Assembly: GCF_963921235.1 (NCBI RefSeq)
Contig: NC_086097.1
Coordinates: 64,048,001-64,112,000, forward strand
Source: Mobula hypostoma
Lineage: Eukaryota
Direction of reading: 5' to 3'
DNA: 64,000 bases
The position numbers were made by a program, and so were the translations under genes. The notes below the pieces were generated by a model. It worked only from the letters and a program-made list of their open reading frames with translations. It had not been told where the DNA came from and did not search any database. Positions 25,624 through 39,099 of this stretch are shown here, one piece after another; the stretch's first letter is position 1; every line of letters begins with the position of its first letter.

Positions 25624-28252
25624 CAGTAGTACCCAAACCTTTTTGAGTCACTGTCCCCTTTGGATCCCAGACCATATCCCTGCATTCCACTCTCCCTCTC
25701 CTGCTATTGCATGAAAAAGACAAAGAATTTTGATTTACGATGCACAATAAAAGAAAATAGGAACTGCAAATTCAAAGCTGTGACAAATAATCGCAAAAAG
25801 TAATTCAAATCTATTCAAAGCTACAAGTAAAATTATTTCTTTATTAAATTACAGTAAAAGCAATTTTCATCAGCAATTTTAGAGCATACATTAGTAGTTC
25901 AACTATTCACTACTTTATTGCGTTTTCACCTCTCAATGAGATAGATGGGCTTGGTGCAGTGATATCAGCTTCTCAACGTCGGACTGAATGTCACTCGTAA
26001 GGAGTCTCAGATCCCCACATTCAGTAATTTGCAGTCTGTTTCATTCCTTTGAAAGAAGTTGGGTGACTGCACTGAAACTGCACTCCAATAAGTATAAAGT
26101 TGGAAAGGCTGTAAAGAACATCTTGACCTTTTTCCACAGTGCAGGATAGTATTTAGAGATTTATTTCTGTTACCAAAAGTCTTGATATGACTTTTTGTAC
26201 CTCGGCTTCAGCTCAAAGTTATGTTGTAGTGAGATCAGTTCGTCCTTCATTCTTCCTGTTAATTCCTCGTTACAGGTGTTCAGAAATGGATTTATTACCC
26301 AATCTGGAGATTCTGAGATCTCTCTGAAGTGTTTTATGCAGATCACCCAAATGGACACAGTATACTTGAAGATCGTCATCTTGAATTCTTTCTTTCTCTT
26401 CCAACTCAGAGAGGCTCAGAAACTGGGAGAGGTCGCAATGGCCAACATTGCATTTAAATAGGGTTAACTTGAACAGAAATGTGGAGACAACTGGTTTGAC
26501 TTTGATAAGATTCACAACATTTCCTTCCAATTGAGAACAGTTTTCATTAAAATTTGCAAATAATTCTGACAAATAAGAATTGCCATGCATAATATCCTTG
26601 AGTTGATTATTGAATGAAGCATTTGTGTCTTCAAAGAATTTGATCGCAGTTTCAAAAATTGCATAAAAGCATCTCAGGCAGTTTCCTTTTGAGAGCCATC
26701 TGACTTCTGTGTGCAACAGCAAGTGTTCAAACTGCTCATCATTCTCAATACAACGCTCTCGAAATAGATGAGATTTGAGAACATGGGACTTGATGTTATT
26801 TACTGCTGTGATAACAGTATTTAATGATCTGTGCAGTTGATCACTGAGTTTTTTGTGACAATATATTCTCTGTGAATTACGCAGTGAATGGTAAATAAGG
26901 TAGGTACAGCTTTGTTTCAAGAAAGTAATAACCCCACAGTGGCATCCTGTCATTGATGGTGTCCCAGTGTTGTATAAGCAAGAATGCTGCTGAGTGAAAT
27001 GTCCTCCTCTTTGAAAAATTGCTCAATAAGCCAAAATATTGACTTCCCCTTCGTATCGGTTTCTAGTTCCCCTGCAAATAACAACTCCTGAACCAGGCTT
27101 TCATCTTTTATGAAGCAAACACAACCAAGAAGTGAAGATTCATTGCCTGGCAATGATGACTCATCCAATTGTGGAGCAAATTCTGTTGTTGTCACGTTCT
27201 CTGACATTTCATCTATTTATCTTTGAACAGAGTTGTCGCTGAGTGGAATGGCCTTAATTACTTGGTCTGGTGACTTGTGCAAAACCATATTCAGAACTTC
27301 CCTTACTGCTGGCAGAATCAGTTCTTCTCCAATCTGGGGCTTTCCAGATTTGGCAATGAGCAATGAAATGTATGAAGCATGCAAACCATCATTGTGAGGT
27401 GCTGGAAAACATGTTTTGATGTGTTTTCTGTTTCTGAAAATTCTTGTTTGCTTTATCAGAGAGCTTTCTTTTTAAATGTTCAAGAAACCTGGATGGTTTC
27501 ATTGCTCCATCTGAAAAAAAAACTTTTTCTCAAACCATACTGCTGTTGGATGCTTGGTGCTGGGATACAGTCAATCCATACTTCTGATAGTCCACACTAT
27601 ACTGTCTACACTTCTTTTTCATTTGGTCTGTTTCTGCCGATTTGTTATGGATTAACAACCACGGTCAGTTGCCCATGGTCAACCTCAAGTGCACAGTCAA
27701 TGAAGGAGAGAGTTACGATGTCATCATAGCTCAGGCAAAGCCTGTCTGAAAGTACATGAAGTGAGGCAGCAACATCTTGGTTGGCCCATAGTCTAGAGAA
27801 GTGCTGTCAACACCATTCGAAAAGGCAGGTTCTGAACTTTACCTCGCTGAACTAATTCACAGCAATCATGTCACTGCCTGCTTAGAGTATGGGAATCGTT
27901 CTAGCTAACACTGTACCACAGTAGTGAACAGCAGTAATGTGCGGGCCAGGCCCGGAAATAACATTACTTCTTAAGTCTAGGTTTCTCAAGATGTGCCAAA
28001 TACAGAACTGTCACATTGCTTATAATGTGCTTTGAGCAAAGTCTAAGAGAACTGTGTGTTAGCAAGAGATGAAGTGATTACAATGATCATGTAATCAATT
28101 ACAAGGCATTGAGGATCAAATTATTATAATAAGTAATTCATTTCTTAAGTTAAACATGTAATCCCTTGCTAATAAGTGCCCCCACCACCACCACCCCCAC
28201 CCCCTTTATCTTTATTGCCCCCATAGGTGGGGGGGGGCGATATCACCCACTG
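25624..28252 (-). mobile_element. hAT (Charlie/Buster-type) DNA transposon with a disrupted transposase
   Basis: Fragments FAPQLDESS, LLLHTEVRWLSKGNCL, PDWVINPF and FPTLYLLECSFSAV are spread over several frames. The ends are CAGT... and ...CACTG, with a degenerate CTCTAC duplication on both sides. Confidence 0.85.
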
Positions 28253-28850
28253 CTCTACAACTACCTGTAAGTGCAGGCAGGAACTTAGTTTATCTTCTCA
28301 ACCATCTCTTCGTCAACAGTGCATTGAGTATCAGCCTAATGTTTTTGCCTTTAGAGCGGGATGTATGCCTATAACCTTCTTTCTTGTGTGCTGCTAATGG
28401 AGCTACCGCCGACTTGCATTCTTCAGTTCTAATGAGTATGCAAGTGGTTAATATATCTGACAATAAACTGGCTGTTTACAACACTCTGTTCTGGATTCCC
28501 CACATGCTCGAAGTCTGCACTGATATTGAGTTCAAGGTGAGGTGACTGTCTACAGTGAAGAAGGTAAGAAAGATCAGAAGGTTAACCCCAAGCCAGCACT
28601 GCATGGTGGCACTGTAGGAGGCTCAGTGTTCGAATGTTATTTGTGGTAAAATTGTTTTCAGAGATATGGGAGTGGACTGACAACTAAAAAAGTGGGAAAA
28701 GATTAAAGATTATTCTCAGTAAAAGCTAAAATAAATTCTGCAGTCCTCTGAATGAGGTAAAAAATTACTCTTAGATAATGTTTGTGTGAATAAGGATAAG
28801 CTTATCGTTATTAATTCAGCAAAGTTGTATTCCTAGTTATACAAAAAAGA

Positions 28851-29040
28851 AACAAAATGTTGGAGGAACTCATTGGGTCACACAGCGTCTGTGAAGGGCA
28901 ATGGACAGTCAATGTTTAAGACATCTGGGCCCAAAATGTTGATCGTCCGTTTCTCCTCACAGATACTGCTGGACCTGCTGCGTCCTGCTGGCTTTTTGCT
29001 TTTTTGTTGTCCCACAGATTCCAGCAGCTGCTTTCTCTTT
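28851..29040. repeat. Older inverted pair of Penelope-like terminal repeats
   Basis: GGAGGAACTCA...CAGCGTCTGTG...GTCAATGTTT, then the reverse-oriented AAAATGTTGA...CACAGATACTGCT.GACCTGCTG. The architecture matches 20825-21030. Confidence 0.55.
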
Positions 29041-30081
29041 TGTCTCCTAGTTATACAGCATGGTTATATGGCATGCCATGTAAAAAAAGTCTCTTCAACT
29101 CAAATGCTCCAGCACTTGTTCTGAAAACCCAATATACCGCAGAAATAACTATCTACCCGCACTATAGATTACAAACAATGCAAAGGCATTCATTTGCCTG
29201 TCTCTGTTAGCTTGAGGCTACAGTTTTATCTTTGATGAGCTTATCAGTTAGTTACATCCTCTGAGCCGACATTGGCGGAAATGTGAAGCTGATCACATGA
29301 TAGGCTGTTGCTCTTTACAGAGATACATTTGAGAGGAAATTTATTAGACTGGAAATTTTGGTGGTAGTTTTACACAGAATAGAACTCTCATTTCTGTCCA
29401 AGTGTTTGGAAACAATGTAGCATGTCTCTGTACCTGAATTGCTCAAACCCAGAGAGAATCTAGGAAGGTTTACTGCACAATGGAAGTTAACTGCATAATG
29501 GATTTTTTGTGTGTGTGTATTTACTGCATAGAATCTGAGGCTTTGCAGTAAAGATATATTCACAGAACAAAGTGAAATTGTGAGATCTGGATAGATACTT
29601 GCATCAGACTTCAGTTTACCGTTATGGTCATTTTTAATATTTTCCTTCAATAACAACATTAATAGACCTGGTGTATGGTTAATTTTTAAAACAAAACTCT
29701 TCTATTTCCATGAACTTAAATAAATAGTGCAAATGATAATGGTCATCCACTACTACTAAAGGCATAAAAGTTATGGATGTGCAGTACTGTACTAGAGACT
29801 AGAATATCACTAAAGTGGAAGAAGGTCTAGGATTTTTCTGAAGGTAATAGGATTATAATACGTGATACAGATCAGGATAGTCCAGAATTGCCTAACTTTC
29901 TTAGTTTGGGAGATTAAGTAAGAACTCTTGATAACCATGAATCGAACCCTGTGGGAAAAAAATAACAGGATGTAGACCAGGAAGTCAAAGAATTTTTACA
30001 ACATTCTGTAAAGTTAGAAATACAAAGTAAATTAATTATCAGAATACATATATATTACAATATACTACCCCAATCATTTTC

Positions 30082-32190
30082 AGAATCAGAACCAGATTTA
30101 ATATCACCAGCATATGTCATGAAATTTGTTGTTTTGCAGTACCAGTACACGGCAGTATGTAGTAATAAACACTAAATTACAATGAGAAGCAAGTATAAAA
30201 TAAATTAGCTCAGTAGTACAAGAAGAGAGGGAGTCTTCATGGGTTCATTGTCCATTCAGAAATCTGAAGGCGGGGAAGAAGAATCTGTTCCTGAAATGTT
30301 GAGTGTGTGTCTTCAGGCTCCTGTACCTCCTCCTTGATGGTAGCAATGAGAAGAGGGCATGTCCTGGGTGAGGGGGGTCCTTAATGATGGATGCCGCCTT
30401 TCTGAGGCGTCACCTTTTGAAGGTGTCTTAAATGCCAAGGAGGCTAGTGCCCATGATAGAGCTGGCTGAGTTTACAACTTTATTGCAGGTTTTATCGATC
30501 CTGTGCAGTGGCTCCTCCATACCAAACAATTATGCAACCAGTTAGAATGCTGTAGAAACCTGTGAGTGTCTTTGGTGACATACCAATTCTTTTCAGACTC
30601 CTAATTAAATACAGTTGCTGTTGTGCCTTCTTTTGTAATTGCATCAATATGTTGGGCCTAGGATAGATCTTCAGAGATGTTGACACCCAGAAACTTGAAA
30701 CTGCTCACCTTTTCTACTTCTGATTCCTTGATGAGGCTGTGTGTGTCCCCTTGATTTACCCTTTCTGAAATCTGCAAGCAATTCCTTGGTCTTTCTGATG
30801 TCAAATACAAGGTTGTTGTTGTGACATCACTCAGCTAGCTGACCTATCTGGTTCCTGTACCCCTCTTCATCAGCATCTGAAATTCTGCCAACAATAGTTG
30901 TGTTGCCGGCAAGTTTATGGATGGTGTTTGAGCTGTGCCTAGCCACACAGTCATGGGTGTAGACAGAGTAGAGCAGTCCTTGGGGTGTGTCAGTGTTGAT
31001 TGTCAGCGAGAAGGAGATGTTATATCCGATCTGTACAAACTGTGGTCCCCTGTGAGGAAGTTAAGGATCCAGTTGCAGAGGGAGCTACAGAAGCCCAGTT
31101 TTGGAGCTTGTTGATTAGAACTGAGAGTATGATTGTGTTGAATGTTGAGCTGTAATCAATAAACAGCAGCCTGACATTAAATATTACTATTGTGCAGGCG
31201 ATTCAAGGCCGAGTGGAGAGCCGGAGAGATTTCATCTGCTATAGACCTATTTTCTAATGGCAATCCACAGTAAAAACAACAAAACATAATAGGGTCAATG
31301 AAAAACTGTACAGAAACAAAGACAGACAATCAATGTGCAATAGACATAAAATGTTGCCAAAATCAAAATAAATAAACAAACAAACAAATAAATAAATTGA
31401 TAAATGGGCGGATGGATGAATAAATGAAAGATATTGAGAACATCAGTGTGGTGCCCTTGAAAATGAGTCCATAGGTTATGGAATCAGTTCAGTGTTGGGC
31501 TGAGTGAAGTTATTCACTCTGGTTCTGGAGCCTGATGGTTGAGAGGTAACAACTGTTCCTGAACCTGGTGGTGTGGGTCCTGAGGCTCCTGTACCTCCTT
31601 CCTGATGGCAGCAGTGAGCAGGAACATGGTCTGGATGGTGATGGTACTTTATGATGGATACCGCTTTCCTGCGACAGCACTCCTTATAGATGCGGTCAGT
31701 GGTGGGGAGGGCTTCATTTGTGATGGACTCGACTGTATCCATTACTTTTTGTGGGTTTTTCTGTTCAAGGGCATTGGTGTTTCCATAGCAGGTCTTGATG
31801 CAACCAGTCAATATACTCTCCACCGTGCAGCTAATGAAGTTTGTCAAAGTTTTAGATGGTATGTCGAATCTTCACAAACTTTTAAGAAAATAGAGGAGCT
31901 GTCATGCCTTCTAAGAGATGACACTTGCTTCCTGGACCCAGGTCAGTTGCTCTTTAATGGTAACGGCAAGGAATTTAAAGTTGCTGAAGCTCTCCACCTC
32001 TAATCCCCTGATGAGAACTGGCTCTTGGATACCTGGTTTCCTCCATAATCAGCTCTTCAGTTTTACTGAGTTGATTGAGTGGTTGTTGTTGTGGTGCCAT
32101 TCAGCCAGACTTTCAATCTCTCTCCTAGCCGTCACCACCTTTGATTTGGCCTACCACAGTGGTGTCATCAGCAAACTTAAATCTGTCAGT
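30082..32190 (-). mobile_element. Two tandem Rex1/Babar LINE fragments (about 30082-31250 and 31250-32190)
   Basis: KKAQQQLYLIRSLKR..SILTGCIIVWYG and ESILTGCIKTCYGN motifs; tail TGATTCTGA. Confidence 0.85.
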
Positions 32191-32324
32191 GGAGCCTATT
32201 ATTCATTCACAGAGGCAGAGGTAACAAATAGTGCTGCTTTAAGGAACTATGCTGTATATTTGACTGAGAGGATTATAATGGATCACAGTCCCTTACGTAA
32301 ATCTTATCAATGACATGGTGCCGG

Positions 32325-35310
32325 TTCAAAGGTACAACTTAATGTCAGAGAAATGTAGACAATATACATCCTGAAATGCTTTTCCTTCGCAAACATCCAC
32401 AAAAAGAGAGAAGTGCCCCAAAGAATGAACAACAGTTAAACGTGAAAACCCCAAGTTCCCCCCACCCAGCTACCCGCCCCCGCACATAAGTGGCAGCAAG
32501 CAGTGATCTCACCTCCCCCCCAGCAGAGAAAAGCACACCCGCTACCAAGCACAAGCATGACTTAGGTGATAGCAAAGACACAGATCTTGCAGTTATCCCA
32601 AAGACTATCGCAATTCATCCAGCATTCGACAAACCCCAGGTTCTCTCTCTCCCTAATAAGGGAGAAGGAGGTGTCCCCCATTTTCACAGCGAGCAAGAGA
32701 CATAAGAACAACCCACTGGTTTACAATATTAAAAAGTCCATTTTGTCACTTTTTACGATCTCTGTGACTGAAGATCGCAAAGATCTCGGGTCTTCGGACC
32801 TACAGCGAAAGATTTTCTGGCCTCCCTGATGACACACGAGTCTCCTGCCATGACACTGATCCTTGATCTGCCTGTCTTCAGAGCCCCGAGACCTTAGGCT
32901 TCCAAATACCATAAAACCATAAGACCATAAGACAGAGGAGCAGAAGTAGGCCATTCGGCCCATCGAGTCTGCTCCACCATTTTATCATGAGCTGATCTAT
33001 TTTATCCTATTTAGTCCCACTGCCCCGCCTTCTCATCATAACCTTTGATGCCCTGGCTACTCAGATACCTATCAATCTCTGCCTTAAATACACCCAATGA
33101 CTTGGCCTCCACTGCTGCCCGTGGCAACAAATGCCATAGATTCACCACCCTCTGACTAAAAAAATGTTTTCGCATTTCTGTTCTGAAAGGGCGCCCTTCA
33201 ATCCTGAAGTCATGCCCTCTCGTACTAGACTCCCCCATCATGGGAAACAACTTTGCCACATCCACTCTGTCCATGCCTTTTAACATTCGAAATGTTTCTA
33301 TGAGGTCTCCCCTCATTCTTCTAAACTCCAAGGAATACAGTCCAAGAGCGGACAAACGTTCCTCATATGTTAACCCTCTCATTCCCGGAATCATTCTAGT
33401 GAATCTTCTCTGTACCTTCTCCAACGTCAGCATCCTTTCTTAAATAAGGAGACCAAAACTGCCCACAGTACTCCAAGTGAGGTCTCACCAGCGCCTTATA
33501 GAGCCTCAACATCACATCCCTGCTCCTATACTCTATTCTTCCAGAAATGAATGCCAACATTGCATTCGCCTTCTTCACTACCGACTCAACCTGGAGGTTA
33601 ACTTTAAGGGAATCCTGTACGAGGACTCCCAAGTCCCGTTGCATCTCAGAACTTTGAATTCTTTCCCCATTTAAAAAATAGTCTGCCCGTTTATTTTTTC
33701 TGCCAAAGTGCATAACCATACACTTTCCAACATTGTACTTCATTTGCCACTTCTCTGCCCATTCTTCCAATCTATCCAAGTCTCTCTGCAGACTCTCCGT
33801 TTCCTCAGCACTACTGGCCCCTCCACCTACCTTGGTATTATCAGCAAACTTAGCCACAAAGCCATCTATTCCATAATCCAAATTGTTGATGTACAATGTA
33901 AAAAGAAGTGGCCCCAACACGGACCCCTGTGGAACACCACTGGTAACTGGCAGCCAACCAGAATAGGATCCCTTTATTCCCACTCTCTGATTCCTGCCAG
34001 TCAGCCAACGCTCTATCCACGTATGTAACTTTCCTGTAATTCCATGGGCTCTTATCTTGTTAAGCAGCCTCATGTGTGGCACCTTGTCAAAGGCCTTCTG
34101 AAAATCCAAATATAGAACATCCACTGCATCTCCCTTGTCTAGCCTACTGGTAATTTCCTCAAAAAATAGTAATAGGTTTGTCAGGCAGGATTTTCCTTTA
34201 AGGAATCCATGCTGAGTTCTGCCTATCTTGTCATATGCATCCAGGTACTCTGTAACCTCATCCTTGACAATCGACTCCAACAACTTCCCAACCACCGATA
34301 TCAAGCTAACAGGTCTATAATTTCCTTTTTGCTTCCTTGCCCCCTTCTTAAATAGCGGAGTGACATTTGCAATCTTCCAGTCTTCCGGAACCATGCCAGA
34401 ATCTATCGACTTTTGAAAGATCATCGCTAATGCCTCCACAATCTCCACAGCTACTTCCTTCAGAACACGAGGGTGCATTCCATCTGGTCCAGAAGATTTA
34501 TCGACCTTTAGCCTATTCAGCTTCCTGAGTACTTTCTCTGTCGTAATTGTGACTGTGCACACTTCTCTTCCCTGCCACCCTTGAGTGTCCGGTATCCTGC
34601 TGTCTTCCTCAGTGAAGACTGATGCAAAATACTTGTTCAGTTCCTCTGCCTTCTCCTCATCTCCCATTACAATTTCTCCAGTATCATTTTCTATTGGTCC
34701 TATATCTACTCTCACCTGTCTTTTACTCTTTATATACTTGAAAAGGCTTTTAGTATCCTCTTTGATATTATTTGCTAGTTTCCTTTCATAGTTAATCTTT
34801 TCTCTCTTAATGACCTTCTTGGTTTCCTTTTGTAAGGTTTTAAAAACTTCCCAATCCTCTGTCTTCCCACTAATTTTTGCTTCCTTGTATGCCCTCTCCT
34901 TTGCTTTAACTTTGGCTTTGACTTCTCTTGTCAGCCACGGTTGCATCCTTTTTCCACTTGAAAATTTCTTCTTTTTTGGAATATACCTGTCTTGCACATT
35001 CCTCATTTCTCGCATAAACTCCAGCCACTGCTGCTCTGCCGTCTTTCCCGTCAGTGTCTCTTTCCAGTCAACTTTGGTCAGTTCCTCTCTCATGTCACTG
35101 CCGGACTCTCAGGCTGAACCCTTGGCGTGCCGAACAACGGCCAGTCCTGAAACCCTGAGAACAGGTCCTATTCCCGCAAAGAACCGAAGTCTGTGTGTAA
35201 CTCCAGGTGAGGGTCTTCAAAGGAACCCTGAAAGGGAAAAATAAAGATATTAAAGATGGTAATAGAGCTGTTTCCGAAGGTGCAAGCAAAGGACTCTCCG
35301 TTTAGTGCCA
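32325..35310 (-). mobile_element. Non-autonomous element with a Rex1-like tail, split by the young CR1 (host parts 32325-32907 and 35099-35310)
   Basis: The tail ...GACATTAAGTTGTACCTTTGAA resembles the Rex1 3' end at about 40490-40520. CpG-containing unique sequence lies on both sides of the CR1. Confidence 0.45.
32908..35098 (-). mobile_element. Young 5'-truncated CR1 LINE with a nearly intact RT
   Basis: A 565-aa ORF (35093-33396) and a 140-aa ORF (33433-33011) are separated by one 2-bp deletion. The catalytic FADD reads FADN. The tail is (CTTATGGT)n. Confidence 0.95.
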
Positions 35311-36881
35311 GTGGAGCATTACGAGATAAATCCCTGGTTAACGAAGGGCTGGAAGATTACAAAGATGGATAATATGACATTGAGCTGACTGAGCAGCAAA
35401 TGTTAAATCCAAGAAAATGGGTGATATGATTTCCTCAGGGCACCAGCATGTAATACGATGAGAGACTTTTCTTAAAGTATTCAGTACAATCACAAAAAGG
35501 GAAATCACTGAGAAGTTTGAAAGGAATATGGGAATGTTTCTTGGGCCTCATGTGTGCAGAGGTTGCCAAAGAACTTGATTACCTAGGCACGGAGCCCAAA
35601 AACAGAGGAAGAGACCGAGGTAAGGATTATGATGAGGAGTCGGCCAGCTGTCCTGTTGAAACCTTTGACAACTGCAGTTGAAAAAAATTCCAGAAGGGAC
35701 TATTATCAGCGGTAATGCAAAGGAGTTAGTGAACACCAATCACCATAAATTGGGCCCAAAATGTTATCCAGATGTCTAATGCAATGCTACATTTTACTTC
35801 AAGGAGAATGACAAACGAAGTGATGTTCTATTTAATTGGAGCCTTTGTAAATTGGTATCTACTTGCCATTAATCTACATTAATTCAAGTTGCTTGTATGC
35901 ACAAGTCTTCAATTGTAAAGTCATCTGAAGAGATTTTTTAGTTATGGCATGTCATGAAGCCACGTTGTGTGATTAGGAGACAGCCCACGCTGGATTATGG
36001 AGGGAAAATAAGGAAAAGCAGGCTGAACTCAGCAGTATCATGAATGAATGCAACTGAGAACAGTCTTTTCCAAGCCATTATTAAATAACAAAGTTTTAAC
36101 ATAAATAAGACCAGATTGCCCAAGCAAGTTCGGCCATTTGTCTTAGGCACAAATGGAATACATCTTATCTACTGAATCATTCAAACTTACATAGACGTTT
36201 GTTAATGTGTGTTGAGTTTTATGCCACGTGTTAAGCAGTTCAATTTGCCATAATAATTATGCTTACTCTTTATTTTCACACCATCTATGTCTTTAAGTTA
36301 TATCTGATTAATACCGCACAGGAAACTGGCAAATTTTTTCAAGAGTCACTGGGTAGTACGTCATAATGTCAAAGTATTCATTTCAGAAGGTTAGTATGGT
36401 TTTATGAACCCTGAGCTAAGATCTAATTTCCATAAATGAGAAATGGGAGAGTACATTTTCTATGTACTTTAACAGAAGAATGAAACAACAGAGAGAAAAA
36501 GAAAATATTACGTTGAAAATTGCAAAAGTCCCAACTAATTTAAGAGCAGCATTAATTTAAAAGTATTCCTCACCTTCCATTCTCAAAGTTATTGCAATGG
36601 TGGTAAGTAGTGTTCCTTAGTAACAGGACACATATACAAATAGAAGTTTTCAGAACTGGCTGATACACGCCCGGTTCTTTGAATGACACAACACGTTCAA
36701 CCAAATTTATAGTTTAAGCAAGAACATTATAAATACAAGGAAATACACCAGATGCCTGTAAACACTGGGAAATAAAGATAAGAAAGGTGCCCTAATTGTG
36801 AGTATTTGTCAGTATGCAAAGCCGGTGAGAAATGATTCTAAAATCTAATGCCACTGAAAGTATGTGATCTTGATAAAAACA

Positions 36882-37414
36882 CACTCAATGGCCACTTTAT
36901 TAGGTACACCTGTACACCTGCTCATTAAGGCAAATATTTAATCAGCCAATTTTATGTGGCAGCAGCTCAATTCATAAAAGCATACAGACGTGGTCATAAG
37001 GTTCAGTTGCTGTTCAGACCAAACATCAGAATAAGGAAGAAATGTGATCTAAGTGACTTTGACCGTGGGATGATTGTTGGTTGTCAGGCGAGGTGGTTTG
37101 AGCAACTCGAGCTGCTGATCTCTCGGGATTTTCACATGCAACCGTGTCAGGAATTTATGGAGAATGATGTGAAAACAAAAAAAAAAGCATCCAGTGAGTG
37201 GCAGCTCTGAGGGTAACAGCACCTTATTAATGAGAGAGGTCAGGGGAGAATGGCCAGATGTCTTCAAGCTGTAACAGTAACTCAAATAACCACACATTAC
37301 AACAGTGGGTGCAGATCTCTGAATGCACAGCATGTCGAACCTTGAAGTGGATAGGCTACAGCAGCAGAAGACCATGAACATACTGGAGGTATCTAACGAA
37401 ATGGCCTCCGAGTG
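36882..37414 (+). mobile_element. Tc1/mariner non-autonomous element
   Basis: The left TIR CACTCAATGGCCACTTTATTAGGTAC matches the right end GGTATCTAACGAAATGGCCTCCGAGTG. A transposase N-terminal HTH remnant reads KKCDLSDFDRGMIVG. Confidence 0.8.
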
Positions 37415-39099
37415 CACATGCTCCTCTTTCACATGCCTCTTTTGTTCTACTAAAGGGGAAATAAACTCATTGGTTTTCAGTTTCAGAAATTTGGAATTTT
37501 ATGCTTGAGTAGAAACCACCCAACTGGTTACTTCCTCCAGGGAAATGCAATGTGAAAAATTCCGTCTTTTATTTCCCTTGCAAACAGCTGACTTCATTTG
37601 TGGAGTGGCAGAGGAATTAGGGAACACAAATTGATTGAAAATTAGTAATGCTGTCTTTATTCTAATACAACGCTGCCTTTTATTTTAAGAGGATTAGTAG
37701 TCAAAATGACATCTAATTACCTAGAGCCTTGTCAGACTTCAACTGCAGTTCTTGACCTTGCAGCTCTGAAAGGATACATCAGCTGTGGGAGAAGTGCGAC
37801 AGAGGTTCACCAGTACAATACACAGTCTTTTAAAGCTTTTAATTATGAATAATGCATAAACTTGGTGTGCATTCCTGGAGTCTTAAGGGATGACAGGAGA
37901 TTCAATTGAGATGTCTAAAACTATATAAGCAATTGTCTGACTGGGCGTAGAGATGTAATTTCCTCATGTGGGAGACTTAGGTGCATATCATTCAAAAGTA
38001 AAATCAGGAAGTAATTTCAAAGAGGAAATTTATAGTTATTTTTCCTAAGTGCTTGGAACTGCTAAACCAGTTGCAATTTTCTACACTGAATAGCTAGTGT
38101 AGTCTTTATTTCGTGAGGATGTGAAGTTAGAATAAGAGCAGTCATACAGATGTGAAGGGGTGAATGAGCTTTCTTCATTGCTGTGCTCCCAGTAAAAGGG
38201 CTGAATTGCGGGCAGGTGTTTCATAAGTCAGCTATTACACAACACTAACCCCATTTTGATAGTAATGAATTGCATTGTGAACTTCAGTACATTTACCTGT
38301 CATTCATCAAAATCACACCCAGAACAGAATTTGGCAAAAATACAGACCCAATGACAACAAAATTAAAAGGTGATGCTAATCAGGTTACATTTTATAAAAC
38401 AGCAGATTTGTCTATGGTTCCACACACATTAATCTGTTTTTTACTTGTCTATCTACACAAAAGGAGTTCTGACATGAAAATGAAGAATGACAAAACAGCA
38501 AGAAAATACAGATGGCAAATTCAAGCCTTGTACCTCACTACAGCATCCGAACAATAGCTGTTCATTTGTTGTTATAACATCACTTGGGTCTCTTCATTAG
38601 ATTACAGCCTTGTAATGCTCTCAAAGTATCCTTCATTCTCCACAGGACCAGGGAGCAATGCTATGAATCTACTATATAAAAGGCCTTGTTACTTACTCTG
38701 TGAATCATACAGTACTCTAAATCCGTTTAATGGATGACATTATATGGTCTTGGGAATGTCAGTGTGACACTACTTCCAGCTTCCAGCAGCGACCACCTCA
38801 CATGAATTCATTTCAGCAGCACCACACTTTGATTTCTAATATTTGTGAGCTGACAGAAGGAGATTTTTCAATGATTTTTTTCACCTTCCATGAGCCAACT
38901 ATCCCTGAAACAATTTTCCAGAAAAACTCCATTGACTCACCTTTATTTGACTTGAGTGCAGCTTTCTTGTAGCTCTCTTTAAATTCCACCCTGTGTCTGT
39001 CTTCCCCTGAGATCTACCTACAAGACATTACAATTTCCCCCGTTGCCTAGGAAGATGAGTACTAGACCACTTTGCAGTGCTAATCAATGTTCATTGTAG

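Noticed and set aside
25930..27640. Domesticated ZBED8/SCAND3-like gene
   Set aside because: It has multiple frameshifts and stops, and transposon ends are present.
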